In this document: positions 38,381 through 47,333 of the stretch, in pieces
Position numbering within the stretch: the stretch's first letter is position 1
Layout of the letters: each line of letters opens with the position of its first letter
Program-made: the position numbers and the translations under genes
The notes under the pieces: model-generated
Told to the model about the DNA's origin: nothing
The model's database searches: none
The model's input: the letters and a program-made list of their open reading frames with translations, nothing else
Assembly: GCA_016191105.1 (NCBI GenBank)
Contig: JACPPH010000004.1
Span: 65,230-129,229, forward strand
From: Candidatus Saccharimonadota bacterium
Lineage (GTDB): Bacteria; Patescibacteriota; Saccharimonadia; CAILAD01; BJGX01
Reading direction: 5' to 3'
DNA length: 64,000 bases

Positions 38381-38792
38381 CGTTATTTACCATATCTAAG
38401 TTTAGATTTTCATCTAAGCTAATGCCACTGAGCTTATTTATACCAACGATCGCTATAGTCGGCTGCAGCAGCTTTATCAAGGCTAATATGTTGACCTCGT
38501 GCGAAACTATTAAAGCTTGACCGTTAGCCGGCAGTTGACCGAGCAGCTTTTTGGCCAAATCTAACAAACTTTTGGCGCCGGCTGGGTCGGACGACAGCAT
38601 TAACACCGGCTCGATGGCTGGTTTTTGGCCGGTCAAAAGCCCGGCCGTAGTTTGTGTGCGTTTGGCCGGAGAGGCTACCACAATATCAAAATGGGGGAGC
38701 TTTTGCGCCAACTCCTTACAAGCACCAACACCTTGCGGTGTGAGCTCATCGCCCTCACGATCGGCATGCCGCAGTATTATTACTCGTTTCAT
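38370..38792 (-). CDS. histidine phosphatase family (SixA-like)
   Basis: ILRHA, SPAKRTQTTA, IVSH. Confidence 0.88.
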   Translation of the reverse strand: MKRVIILRHADREGDELTPQGVGACKELAQKLPHFDIVVASPAKRTQTTAGLLTGQKPAIEPVLMLSSDPAGAKSLLDLAKKLLGQLPANGQALIVSHEVNILALIKLLQPTIAIVGINKLSGISLDENLNLDMVNNDGN

Positions 38793-39358
38793 AGCGCTTT
38801 TATAATGACATTAGCCATCTTGCTGGTGGGCCATTCTCCGTTGACAACAATGTCTGCCAGTTTGCTTTGTGGCTGAACATAGTTTCTGTGTCCGGGGATT
38901 AGCCTTTTATTGATGTACTCAGGCAGATCCCACCGGCTAACACCGTCTGATCTGTCAAGCCTTCGTTGAACAATCTGCTCTTCTGGCAAATCAATAAACA
39001 CTTTTTTGTCAAAGAGCTTTACAGCGGCCGGATCGTAGAAGATTAAAAAGCCTTCTATAAAAGTGAATTTATTTGGATCAAGCTGTTTACTGGTTACCCC
39101 AGAGGCAGTGCTCTCCCTAGATTTGGTCCGCAGATGTATAGTCTTTCCTTGCCTTAGACTTTTTAGGTCGGTTATAAATTCATCGTAACGATAGAGAGAG
39201 GGATTTTCCCAATCTTCAACAACTTCTGGTAAGTTTTCTTCACCAACGAAGTAATCATCAAACGACAGGCCGGAGAATTCATCGCCGAGTCGCTTTTGAA
39301 TTTCTTCAATTAGTGTAGTTTTGCCACTACAGCTGCCACCAGCAATTCCGATAATCAT
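38789..39358 (-). CDS. udk: uridine kinase family protein
   Basis: IIGIAGGSCSGKTT, DDYF, FIEG, RRLDR. Confidence 0.8.
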   Translation of the reverse strand: MIIGIAGGSCSGKTTLIEEIQKRLGDEFSGLSFDDYFVGEENLPEVVEDWENPSLYRYDEFITDLKSLRQGKTIHLRTKSRESTASGVTSKQLDPNKFTFIEGFLIFYDPAAVKLFDKKVFIDLPEEQIVQRRLDRSDGVSRWDLPEYINKRLIPGHRNYVQPQSKLADIVVNGEWPTSKMANVIIKAL

Positions 39359-39912
39359 TTGCCTAGTTTCTGTTTTAGCACTCTTAGCAACTCTGGAAAT
39401 TCTTTTTTATCCTTGTCATAACCAAAGTGTCCTTGATCACTAAACTCGTGATATTCAGAGCCGAGTCTGTCTTTTATGAATCTAGCTTCTTCGATCGGTA
39501 TCCAAGGGTCGTCGGTAGAGGCGAATACTACAGCCCACTTTTGATTATCTTTAATTGCTTTCCAGCCCCAAGGCTGATCAAAGTAGCCACTCTTCTTCTC
39601 GGTCTCATCGCCCAGATCGGTGTAGTAGCCACCAACTAATATTGATCCTAACAGCTTGCTGTTTTCGGCATACTTCAGAGCCGCTATTGCTCCAGTTGAA
39701 TGACCAACTAGTATGGTATTTTCATCTGCACTAAGCTTATCTTTTAAATATGGAATCCAGTATTTAGCTCTGCCCAGTTCAGAATCAGGCATATCTGGGG
39801 CTAAGCATTTAACATTTAGCTTTTCTAGCTCGCCTTTAAGCCATGGCAGCCAATTGTCTGAGCCTTTGCCGCCACCATTGCCGTGCAGCAGAATCACTTT
39901 TACGTCTTTCAT
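39355..39912 (-). CDS. RBBP9/YdeN family alpha/beta hydrolase
   Basis: LLHG, WLPWL, GHSTG, STDDP, GHF. Confidence 0.9.
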   Translation of the reverse strand: MKDVKVILLHGNGGGKGSDNWLPWLKGELEKLNVKCLAPDMPDSELGRAKYWIPYLKDKLSADENTILVGHSTGAIAALKYAENSKLLGSILVGGYYTDLGDETEKKSGYFDQPWGWKAIKDNQKWAVVFASTDDPWIPIEEARFIKDRLGSEYHEFSDQGHFGYDKDKKEFPELLRVLKQKLGK

Positions 39913-40044
39913 GTTCACAATTATACCAAACCTGGTGATACAATAAAATTATGGAAATAAGATTGGCCGACAGCTCAGACACAAAACAACTAGGTGAAAT
40001 GCGTTGGGATTTTCAGATCGAAGAGCCAACTGAAACTGTTTCTA

Positions 40045-40130
40045 GTGGTAAAAACCCTTAGGGGCGTATTGTTTGTAAATGTTCCTACCAGGCATGAAGC
40101 CCATTCTAAGGGTACGACCCTTAGAATACA
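40045..40130 (-). pseudogene. remnant of the RAYT 5' end with its REP
   Basis: Near-identical to 29191-29277, including ttctaagggtacgacccttagaatacaa. Confidence 0.85.
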
Positions 40131-40457
40131 AATTGGTTCGGCGCAATTGTAGCGCTTGGATTGGTGTACATACCACCGTACCAAACTACAGGCTACTCAC
40201 CTTGCTGTTGGGGCATAGGGTGATTTAGTATATGACATAGGTGTCTTGTCTCCCTGTTTATTAGTCATTTACAAGTCTGATAGACACCCGTTTTTGTTGC
40301 TAAGCTAGTGAACCCATTACAGTAGTGTTGACCCGGACCTGATTACCAAGTATAATTACATGGTTTTAAAAGCTAATTGACCTTTTTACTAAAGCATAAA
40401 TACAAACAGACTTTAGTGAAGCTCGCAACAAGCGAGGGATCCAAAGAAAGGAAATAA

Positions 40458-40850
40458 ATGAGACAATACGAAGTAGCAATTTTGCTACACCCCGATCTAG
40501 AGATCGACATAGAGTCGGCCACCTCTAAGATCGAAAAGATCCTGACTGCCAATGGTGGCAAGATCGTAAAAAAAGACAACTGGGGCAAGCGTAAGCTAGC
40601 CTATAAGATCAAAAAACAGGAGTGGGGAATTTATGTGTTCTACACTGTAGAACTACCGACCGAGGCTCCACAAAAGATCACCAACACCCTGCGAATTACC
40701 GAAGAGGTAATGCGCTATCTTGTGGTAAGTTTAGAGCGAATTCGCTACGTAAATAAGCCAACCGAGGGTGCTAAAAAAGAAGCTCCCAAGGATAAAACCG
40801 AAAAGGCTGCGGCTGAAGAAGGCGAAAAAGAAGAGAAAGGGGAAGAGTAA
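40458..40850 (+). CDS. rpsF: 30S ribosomal protein S6
   Basis: MRQYE, WGKRKLAYKI. Confidence 0.97.
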   Translation: MRQYEVAILLHPDLEIDIESATSKIEKILTANGGKIVKKDNWGKRKLAYKIKKQEWGIYVFYTVELPTEAPQKITNTLRITEEVMRYLVVSLERIRYVNKPTEGAKKEAPKDKTEKAAAEEGEKEEKGEE

Positions 40851-41329
40851 TGGCCAAAGATTTTAACCAAGCAATTGTAATGGGCAATTTAACCCGTGAC
40901 CCGGAACTGCGCACCACACCGAGCGGACAATCTGTCGCTAGTTTTGCTGTAGCCACCAACCGTAGTTGGCAAGACCCCAGCGGTGAACGTAAAGATGCTG
41001 TGGAGTATCACGACATTGTAGCCTGGGGTAAATTAGGTGAACTGGCTAGCAGCTACCTACAAAAGGGCCGCAAAGTGCTGGTAGTAGGCCGCTTGCAAAC
41101 CCGCAGCTGGGAAGGCAACGACGGTGTTAAGCGCCAAAAAACTGAGATTGTTGCAACTGATATCAACTTTGTGGATCGCATGAACGCTGGTGGCGACGCC
41201 GGTAGCGATGCTGGTTTTAACCAAGACCCAGATGCTCAAGCACCAGCAAAACCAGCTACCAAAAAAGACGGCGTAAAAATCGAAGACATGGGTGACGGCG
41301 ATATTAACCTAGACGACATTCCGTTTTAA
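40850..41329 (+). CDS. ssb: single-stranded DNA-binding protein
   Basis: GNLTRDPELR, C-terminal DDIPF. Confidence 0.98.
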   Translation: MAKDFNQAIVMGNLTRDPELRTTPSGQSVASFAVATNRSWQDPSGERKDAVEYHDIVAWGKLGELASSYLQKGRKVLVVGRLQTRSWEGNDGVKRQKTEIVATDINFVDRMNAGGDAGSDAGFNQDPDAQAPAKPATKKDGVKIEDMGDGDINLDDIPF

Positions 41330-41338
41330 GGACTTATG

Positions 41339-41557
41339 ATGGCAGAATTCTACAAAAGCAAGCAAAATAAGTTTTACGCCGAAAAGCTCGAATACATCGA
41401 CTACAAAGATGTTAAGACTTTGCAGCGCTATCTAAATAGTGTTGGCAAAATCGAAGGTCGCAAGCGCACTGGTGCTAGCATGAAGCACCAACGACAGTTG
41501 GCAAAAGCACTCAAGCGGGCAAGACATATGGCTCTTTTACCGTTCGTGGTACGCTAG
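41339..41557 (+). CDS. rpsR: 30S ribosomal protein S18
   Basis: [17 protein letters not shown]. Confidence 0.97.
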   Translation: MAEFYKSKQNKFYAEKLEYIDYKDVKTLQRYLNSVGKIEGRKRTGASMKHQRQLAKALKRARHMALLPFVVR

Positions 41558-41636
41558 CATGCATACTGTTCGAACAGAGTGAGAACTATAGTTCTCGGCA
41601 AGCCTCGAACAATAAAGCTTACGGAGACAATTTACT

Positions 41637-42197
41637 ATGTATGGCCCAACTGACCTACGAAAAGAAACCTTAATTGAACTCGATGGCGCGCCCTACCGGG
41701 TGGTTGAATATGCTCAAAAACAGATGGGCCGCGGTGGTTCGACCGTTAACACTAAGATCAAAAATCTCATTACTGGCCAGGTTTTGGATCGCACATTCAA
41801 GAATGATGAACGCGTTAAACCAGCAGAAATCGATCACAAAACCGTACAGTATTTGTACCGCAGCGGTGATAAATTGAACTTTATGGATATGAGCAGTTAC
41901 GAAACGCTTGAGATTGAACAACAAATTGACTCTAATATCCCCAAGTACTTAAATGAAGGCTCAGAAATAGAAGCCCTGATTTTCAACGGCCAAACCATTG
42001 GTTTTGATTGGCCCAAGAACGTAGTGCTCAAAGTTGTATCAGCTCCAGGTGGTGATAAAGGCAATAGCGCCAGCGCCACCACCAAAGAGGTGGAGTTAGA
42101 AACAGGGCTAAAAGTACAGGCTCCACAGTTTATAAGGGTTGGTGACACGGTAAAAGTCGACACCCGCACTGGTCAATACCTAGAGCGCGCTAAATAG
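41637..42197 (+). CDS. efp: elongation factor P
   Basis: MGRGG loop, LETGL.V..P.FI, VDTRTGQYLER. Confidence 0.96.
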   Translation: MYGPTDLRKETLIELDGAPYRVVEYAQKQMGRGGSTVNTKIKNLITGQVLDRTFKNDERVKPAEIDHKTVQYLYRSGDKLNFMDMSSYETLEIEQQIDSNIPKYLNEGSEIEALIFNGQTIGFDWPKNVVLKVVSAPGGDKGNSASATTKEVELETGLKVQAPQFIRVGDTVKVDTRTGQYLERAK

Positions 42198-42199
42198 TC

Positions 42200-42928
42200 T
42201 TATACGGCCGGCAAAAAACCAGCCCTACTCCAGTTCCACAATACGGGGTGCATCTGCACAGGCGTAACGTCACTGTCTTTCAATAGCTCCCTCCATGCCG
42301 CAATTACTTCCTCTTGATTTGCACCCTCTGGCACCAAGCCAAGCTCAATACTCGACTGGATTATGTGTGTATCTGGAATAATCGAAATCTCATACGGGTT
42401 TAACCACTTAACGTCTGTGTATTGCGAAAGTATGTATGGCCAATAGTTTGAGAGTTTTGGGCCAGACAGGTATGGAAATGATTTCTTCTTAGTAACTTGA
42501 AGTATTTCTAGAAGTTTCAAAATATCATTTTGTGCTTGCCCAATTATCATTCTTGGGTCATCATCGAACTCGCCGTGAAGAGTTGCGGCAATCGTGGTCC
42601 AAATGAGAGTGTGCTTGTTAGGCTGGAGCGCAAGTCGATGCTTGCCTAGGTCAGCCTGAATTTTTTTGTAAGTAGTTTTTGCTAACTTCTCGGGGAAATA
42701 TAGATAATTAGTGGTTGGATCATCCCAGGTAGCGAGGGCCGACTTCCACATCGCAGGACTATTGCGCTGAAAGTTAATGCAGGCAGGAAGGGTAAAGTAT
42801 AGGTAGTTTTCTCGACTCCCACGACCCAACCTGGGATTAACCTCATGCTGGGCCAGAGTAGGGATGTCTCCTTCGGTATAATGCTGTAGAAGCCTCTTAA
42901 CTCGTTTTAGTTGCTCAGCAGCATCCAT
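42200..42928 (-). CDS. conserved hypothetical protein, DNA-glycosylase-like
   Basis: FPYLSGPKLSNYW HhH-like motif, IIPDTH. Confidence 0.6.
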   Translation of the reverse strand: MDAAEQLKRVKRLLQHYTEGDIPTLAQHEVNPRLGRGSRENYLYFTLPACINFQRNSPAMWKSALATWDDPTTNYLYFPEKLAKTTYKKIQADLGKHRLALQPNKHTLIWTTIAATLHGEFDDDPRMIIGQAQNDILKLLEILQVTKKKSFPYLSGPKLSNYWPYILSQYTDVKWLNPYEISIIPDTHIIQSSIELGLVPEGANQEEVIAAWRELLKDSDVTPVQMHPVLWNWSRAGFLPAV

Positions 42929-44005
42929 TTAACTATGCCTAATTACTACAATATCACCATCTTGCATGGTGTAGTCCTTGCCTTCTAAACGGACTTTGCC
43001 AGATTCCTTGGCGCCGGCCCAACCACGGCCAGCCACAAAATCTTCATAGGTTACAACCTCGGCTTTAATAAAGTTTTTCTCGAAATCACCATGAATTACT
43101 CCAGCCGCCTGTGGCGCCGTGTAGCCAGCTCGCATAACCCAACCACGGGTTTCTTTGGGCCCAGTGGTAAAGAATGTTTCGAAGCCTAGAGTTTGGTAGC
43201 CGAGACGAATTAGGCTTTCTAGGCCCGACTCGGTTTGACCTAAACCGGCGAGCAGTTCTTTGGCTTCAATTTCTGATAAATCTTGCAGTTCAGCTTCAAC
43301 CTTGGCACACAAAAACACTGCAGGGCAGGGGCTAACAATTGCTTCCAGCTCTTTTTTGAGTTGCTCGTTACCAAGTTGTGTTTCATCTAAATTAAAGACG
43401 ATTATGAATGGCTTGGCGGTTAAAAGCTGCATGTCGTGTAAATCATGCATTTCTTCAGCAGACAAGAATGATCCGGCGAGCTTAGCTTCATCTAACCCGG
43501 CCTTAGTTTTTTCGAGTAAGGCCTTGAGTGGTGCCAGCTTTGGGTCGGCTTTGAGCTCGGACTTTATTCGCTCTAGGCGACTTTCGACAGTAGTCAAATC
43601 TGCCAAAATTAACTCAGCATTTATAGTTTCGATGTCAGCCTTAGGGTCAGTCTTATTTTCGACATGAGTTATTAGAGGGTCTTCAAAAGCTCTCACAACC
43701 TGCACAATGGCGTTGCATTCTCGTATATGGCTTAAGAATTTGTTGCCCAGGCCTTCACCCCGGCTGGCGCCACTAACAATGCCAGCGATGTCTACAAACG
43801 TACAGCTAGCAGGAATAGTTTGGGCTGAGCTTGAAATCTCGGCTAGCTTTTGCAAACGCGTATCTGGCACATTAACCACGCCTACGTTCGGCTCAATAGT
43901 GGCAAAAGGGTAGTTCGCGGCCAATACTTGGTTTTTGGTGAGGGCATTAAAGAGAGTGGATTTACCCACATTGGGCAGGCCCACAATGCCAATCGAAAGA
44001 CTCAT
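42929..44005 (-). CDS. ychF: redox-regulated ATPase YchF
   Basis: GLPNVGKSTLFN, YPFATIEPN, DIAG, GEGLGNKFL. Confidence 0.98.
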   Translation of the reverse strand: MSLSIGIVGLPNVGKSTLFNALTKNQVLAANYPFATIEPNVGVVNVPDTRLQKLAEISSSAQTIPASCTFVDIAGIVSGASRGEGLGNKFLSHIRECNAIVQVVRAFEDPLITHVENKTDPKADIETINAELILADLTTVESRLERIKSELKADPKLAPLKALLEKTKAGLDEAKLAGSFLSAEEMHDLHDMQLLTAKPFIIVFNLDETQLGNEQLKKELEAIVSPCPAVFLCAKVEAELQDLSEIEAKELLAGLGQTESGLESLIRLGYQTLGFETFFTTGPKETRGWVMRAGYTAPQAAGVIHGDFEKNFIKAEVVTYEDFVAGRGWAGAKESGKVRLEGKDYTMQDGDIVVIRHS

Positions 44006-44190
44006 AAGTTGCAATTATAACAAATTAACAGGCATAATTCCAGATACAGCAGTCGACAAATAGCATACAAATATGTTATTATCTATTTCTCTTTGTTCCT
44101 ACTAGATCGGGGGATGCGTATGAAGAAGACGCTATTGTTAGTGGGTGCTTCAGTTGTGATCATGACTGGTGGTGTGGCAGCCGCCAGTTC
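43986..44190 (+). repeat. 205-bp direct repeat, copy 1
   Basis: Matches 45967-46171 with four substitutions seen. Confidence 0.95.
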
Positions 44191-44374
44191 AAGTCTCGAT
44201 GCAAATACTGATATCGCAAAAGTCTTTCTCTTTAAAATTCTACCAAAAAAGATAGTGGATGATGACGATCGATGGCCAGAGTTGAAAGAAGCAGTGGATG
44301 CTTTAAGTCCATTAATAATTGGTTTGTATGATGTTTATATGAATGAGTTTGACAAATATCATTTGGCAACTTAA
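44120..44374 (+). pseudogene. chimeric ORF: duplicated signal peptide fused to foreign AT-rich sequence
   Basis: First ~23 codons shared with 46101..46712, then an abrupt switch at 44191. Confidence 0.55.
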
Positions 44375-44645
44375 AGAAAGTCTAATAATGAATCCTCTAG
44401 ATAACTTAGAAGAAAAACGACATGATCAGTTTAATATACAAACAAATCAGCTACTTGGTCAGATTGAAGAGTACCTTGTTAATGAAGGTGTAGAGCAGTA
44501 TGAACCTCGCTATACTAGTATCCGCAAAAAACCAAATGCAAAGATGCTAGGAATATGCCTAACGAGCAAGTGTTGGAATTAATAAACCAGTTGCGAGAAT
44601 TGGCTTGCTTTTTATACGATCGTTACCAAGCTAGTAAGCTAAAAA

Positions 44646-45692
44646 CTAGGTAGTCTCGGTTCGATCTACCATAAACTTTACTGCTTCGTTCATATTGATC
44701 GGAACTATCTCGATATCGGGATGCTTGGCGTGAAAAACTCTAAATATCTCATCAGAAAAAGCTTGTCCAACGGTTGGGACATGCTTAAAGTCTAAGATTA
44801 TACGCCTAAACTTATTTAGACCAGCTAGCAGACGCCTTGCTTGCGAACGAGAAACATATATTGTCCGCATAGTGTAAAGCTTAATTTTGATTTCTGTTTG
44901 GTCGAAAGCTGGCTCCTCAGGGTCTACTTGGTAATTAGAGAATACACTACTTAAGTGTAACTTTGTTTTTACATTTATATTAAACATAACTTCAGTTCCT
45001 CGGAGATCTGGCTTAGATTCCTCCACAAAAACATCCTGAATTCTATTATCTATTCTTAATTTGTAACCAAAACTTTCCAGAGTAAATAAATCTCCAATCT
45101 TTGATGTAAAGAATATGCCTTCTCCAGAATGAGCCTTGGGAGCAGTAGTTGTTTTTCCTTTCAATAAGTCTTGTATCGCCTCAATCTCAGACTTTAAGTT
45201 TCTTTTCTTCATTACATTGCGAAAAACACCTATACCAAAGTCACGTACAACAAACGTAAGAATATCTTTTTCCTGGCTAATTTCAATCTCAATATACTTA
45301 GTTTTCGAGTGCTCAATAGCATTATTTAGCATTTCTGAAAATGCATAAGCAAAAATGCTCTGTACATTTTCTAGGAGATTATTTAAGAATGGTTTTTCTT
45401 TTTTAATCCCATCTAGTACTTCGTATTCTTCCAGCTCTTTATTCACCAGTCTTTTTTTAATTCGTTTGCCCAATGCATCGGCATACTGAGGAAGCGCATA
45501 GACCGACCACCTGCCACTTCCTTCTCTTACTAGAGTACCGTCTTTAACCATGCTATTCACGACTGTACTTACATAAGATCTCGCATAGGGTTTTTGTGTA
45601 TGTTCGCGCAACGCTTTAATGACATCAACTGTCTTAAATTGCTTCTTCTCCCTGGCTATTTTTAAAATGGTTTCTTTAATCATAATGCTCAT
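44646..45692 (-). CDS. wHTH + HATPase_c + STAS-like (DUF4325) protein
   Basis: EMLNNAIEHS, VRDFGIG, HSGEGIFF, SRSQARRLL, GQAFSDEIFRVF. Confidence 0.85.
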   Translation of the reverse strand: MSIMIKETILKIAREKKQFKTVDVIKALREHTQKPYARSYVSTVVNSMVKDGTLVREGSGRWSVYALPQYADALGKRIKKRLVNKELEEYEVLDGIKKEKPFLNNLLENVQSIFAYAFSEMLNNAIEHSKTKYIEIEISQEKDILTFVVRDFGIGVFRNVMKKRNLKSEIEAIQDLLKGKTTTAPKAHSGEGIFFTSKIGDLFTLESFGYKLRIDNRIQDVFVEESKPDLRGTEVMFNINVKTKLHLSSVFSNYQVDPEEPAFDQTEIKIKLYTMRTIYVSRSQARRLLAGLNKFRRIILDFKHVPTVGQAFSDEIFRVFHAKHPDIEIVPINMNEAVKFMVDRTETT

Positions 45693-45966
45693 CTTAATTT
45701 ATATGTTAGGTACTATATCACTCTATGTCAGGCTGTATGTCAAGTACTTTATAATTCTATGTTATATTATCTGTTAAACACTAGTTTTATGGCTATGTTA
45801 GTAAGTAAAAGTGCTATGTAAGATTCTATGTCAAGTTTTAGTTAGATAAATGACTATATCAATTAAAGGAGTATTTTTTAATAAATTCGTTGGAATATCC
45901 ACGCTTACCTTGATCGGGGAGTGGCATCTTGAATGTCAGCTTGAATGGTATGGTTACAGCCTGACT

Positions 45967-46171
45967 ATGCCAATCGAAAGACTCATAAGTTGCAATTATA
46001 ACAAATTAACAGGCATAATTCCAGATACAGCAGTTGACAGATAGCATACAAATATGTTATTATCTATTTCTCTTTGTTCCTACTAGATCGGGGGATGCGT
46101 ATGAAGAAGACGCTATTGTTAGTGGGTGCTGCAGCTGTGATCATGACTGGTGGTGTGGCAGCCGCCAGTTC
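45967..46171 (+). repeat. 205-bp direct repeat, copy 2
   Basis: Matches 43986-44190; retains intact TTGACA. Confidence 0.95.
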
Positions 46172-46712
46172 GCAGGTTCCATACCCGCAGCCGCCAGACT
46201 TCCCAACGCCGCTCGGCTGCTACGACACCACCCAAGGGCCCGATGGGCCTCAAGTGGGGTCTACCTGGGTGGCAACCATCACCACATCGCCAGCTCAACC
46301 GCCTTTCGATACCCACATCACCGTCGTGGCGGGCCAGGGGTACTGGCTGATGCAGGTCAGGGGCGGTTGGTTCAACCCGGATCAGACGGCTGGTGGCTTC
46401 GTCTGGAACAACCCGGATGGCTTCAACAACACCACGTACGAAACCAACGGCTATGGTGCTGGTTTCGGGGTGGTGGCTGTGGCTTGTCCATGGCCGTGCC
46501 TGGGGGCGCCACCATTGCCCACCACCAGCACGTTGCCAGAGCCGTACTGCGCGGCTCCGCCAACCACGCACCTGAGCTTGCCGTCGGCATCGGTCAGTCT
46601 GGCCACTACCAGCACGACCACCACCACAGTGAGCTTAGCCAGCACCGAATCATCCACCACAGCTCAGCCGGCCACGCAGGCCGTGGTGGCAACGCCACGC
46701 TTTACCGGCTGA
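46101..46712 (+). CDS. secreted protein with Thr-rich linker and C-terminal VVATPRFTG (GC-rich unit 10)
   Basis: Signal peptide, GC-ending codons, terminator gctccacgggaagggg..ccccttcccgtggagc. Confidence 0.75.
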   Translation: MKKTLLLVGAAAVIMTGGVAAASSQVPYPQPPDFPTPLGCYDTTQGPDGPQVGSTWVATITTSPAQPPFDTHITVVAGQGYWLMQVRGGWFNPDQTAGGFVWNNPDGFNNTTYETNGYGAGFGVVAVACPWPCLGAPPLPTTSTLPEPYCAAPPTTHLSLPSASVSLATTSTTTTTVSLASTESSTTAQPATQAVVATPRFTG

Positions 46713-46820
46713 AGCACCATATTGCTCCACGGGAAGGGGGTTTGCCCCTTCCCGTGGAGCCGTTTTGTTTATTGACTTGTTATCTTCAGCCGATCGCCTA
46801 TAATAAAAAGCGTAACTATT

Positions 46821-47333
46821 ATGGGTGAAATTTCTAAATCCCACAGCGAGGTAGAGAAGAAAAAATCTACAAACAAAAAATTTTTGATTGTAGTAATCGT
46901 TTTAATTTTGCTTGTATTGCTGACTGCACTTGGCGGCTGGTATTGGTATACGCAAAATAAAAACCAAGCTTCTGGGCAAGGCTGTTCTAGCACAGCCAGT
47001 AAAAGTCTATTGCAGCAAGCTATTAGTGATATCGGCAATGGCCAAGGCTTAAAGCCCCTAGCAGACAAGATTACCCAGCTCAAAAATTTCCAGAATGATC
47101 CGAACTGCGTGTACATACTTGTGGCCTACTATAGCCAGAATAACGATGCCGCCAATACCCAGAAATACGCTCAAATACTGCATAGTTTTCCGTCAAATAA
47201 ACAGCCCTCAGATTTATTAGTAAAAAGCACCAACGATAAATTACAGGCATTAAAATCTAATATCGACTTTTTGATAAATTTTAACACTCAGTCTGTCAAG
47301 AATTTTGTTGGCACAGGGACTCCGCAGAAATGA
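46821..47333 (+). CDS. membrane-anchored hypothetical protein
   Basis: N-terminal TM segment. Confidence 0.75.
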   Translation: MGEISKSHSEVEKKKSTNKKFLIVVIVLILLVLLTALGGWYWYTQNKNQASGQGCSSTASKSLLQQAISDIGNGQGLKPLADKITQLKNFQNDPNCVYILVAYYSQNNDAANTQKYAQILHSFPSNKQPSDLLVKSTNDKLQALKSNIDFLINFNTQSVKNFVGTGTPQK

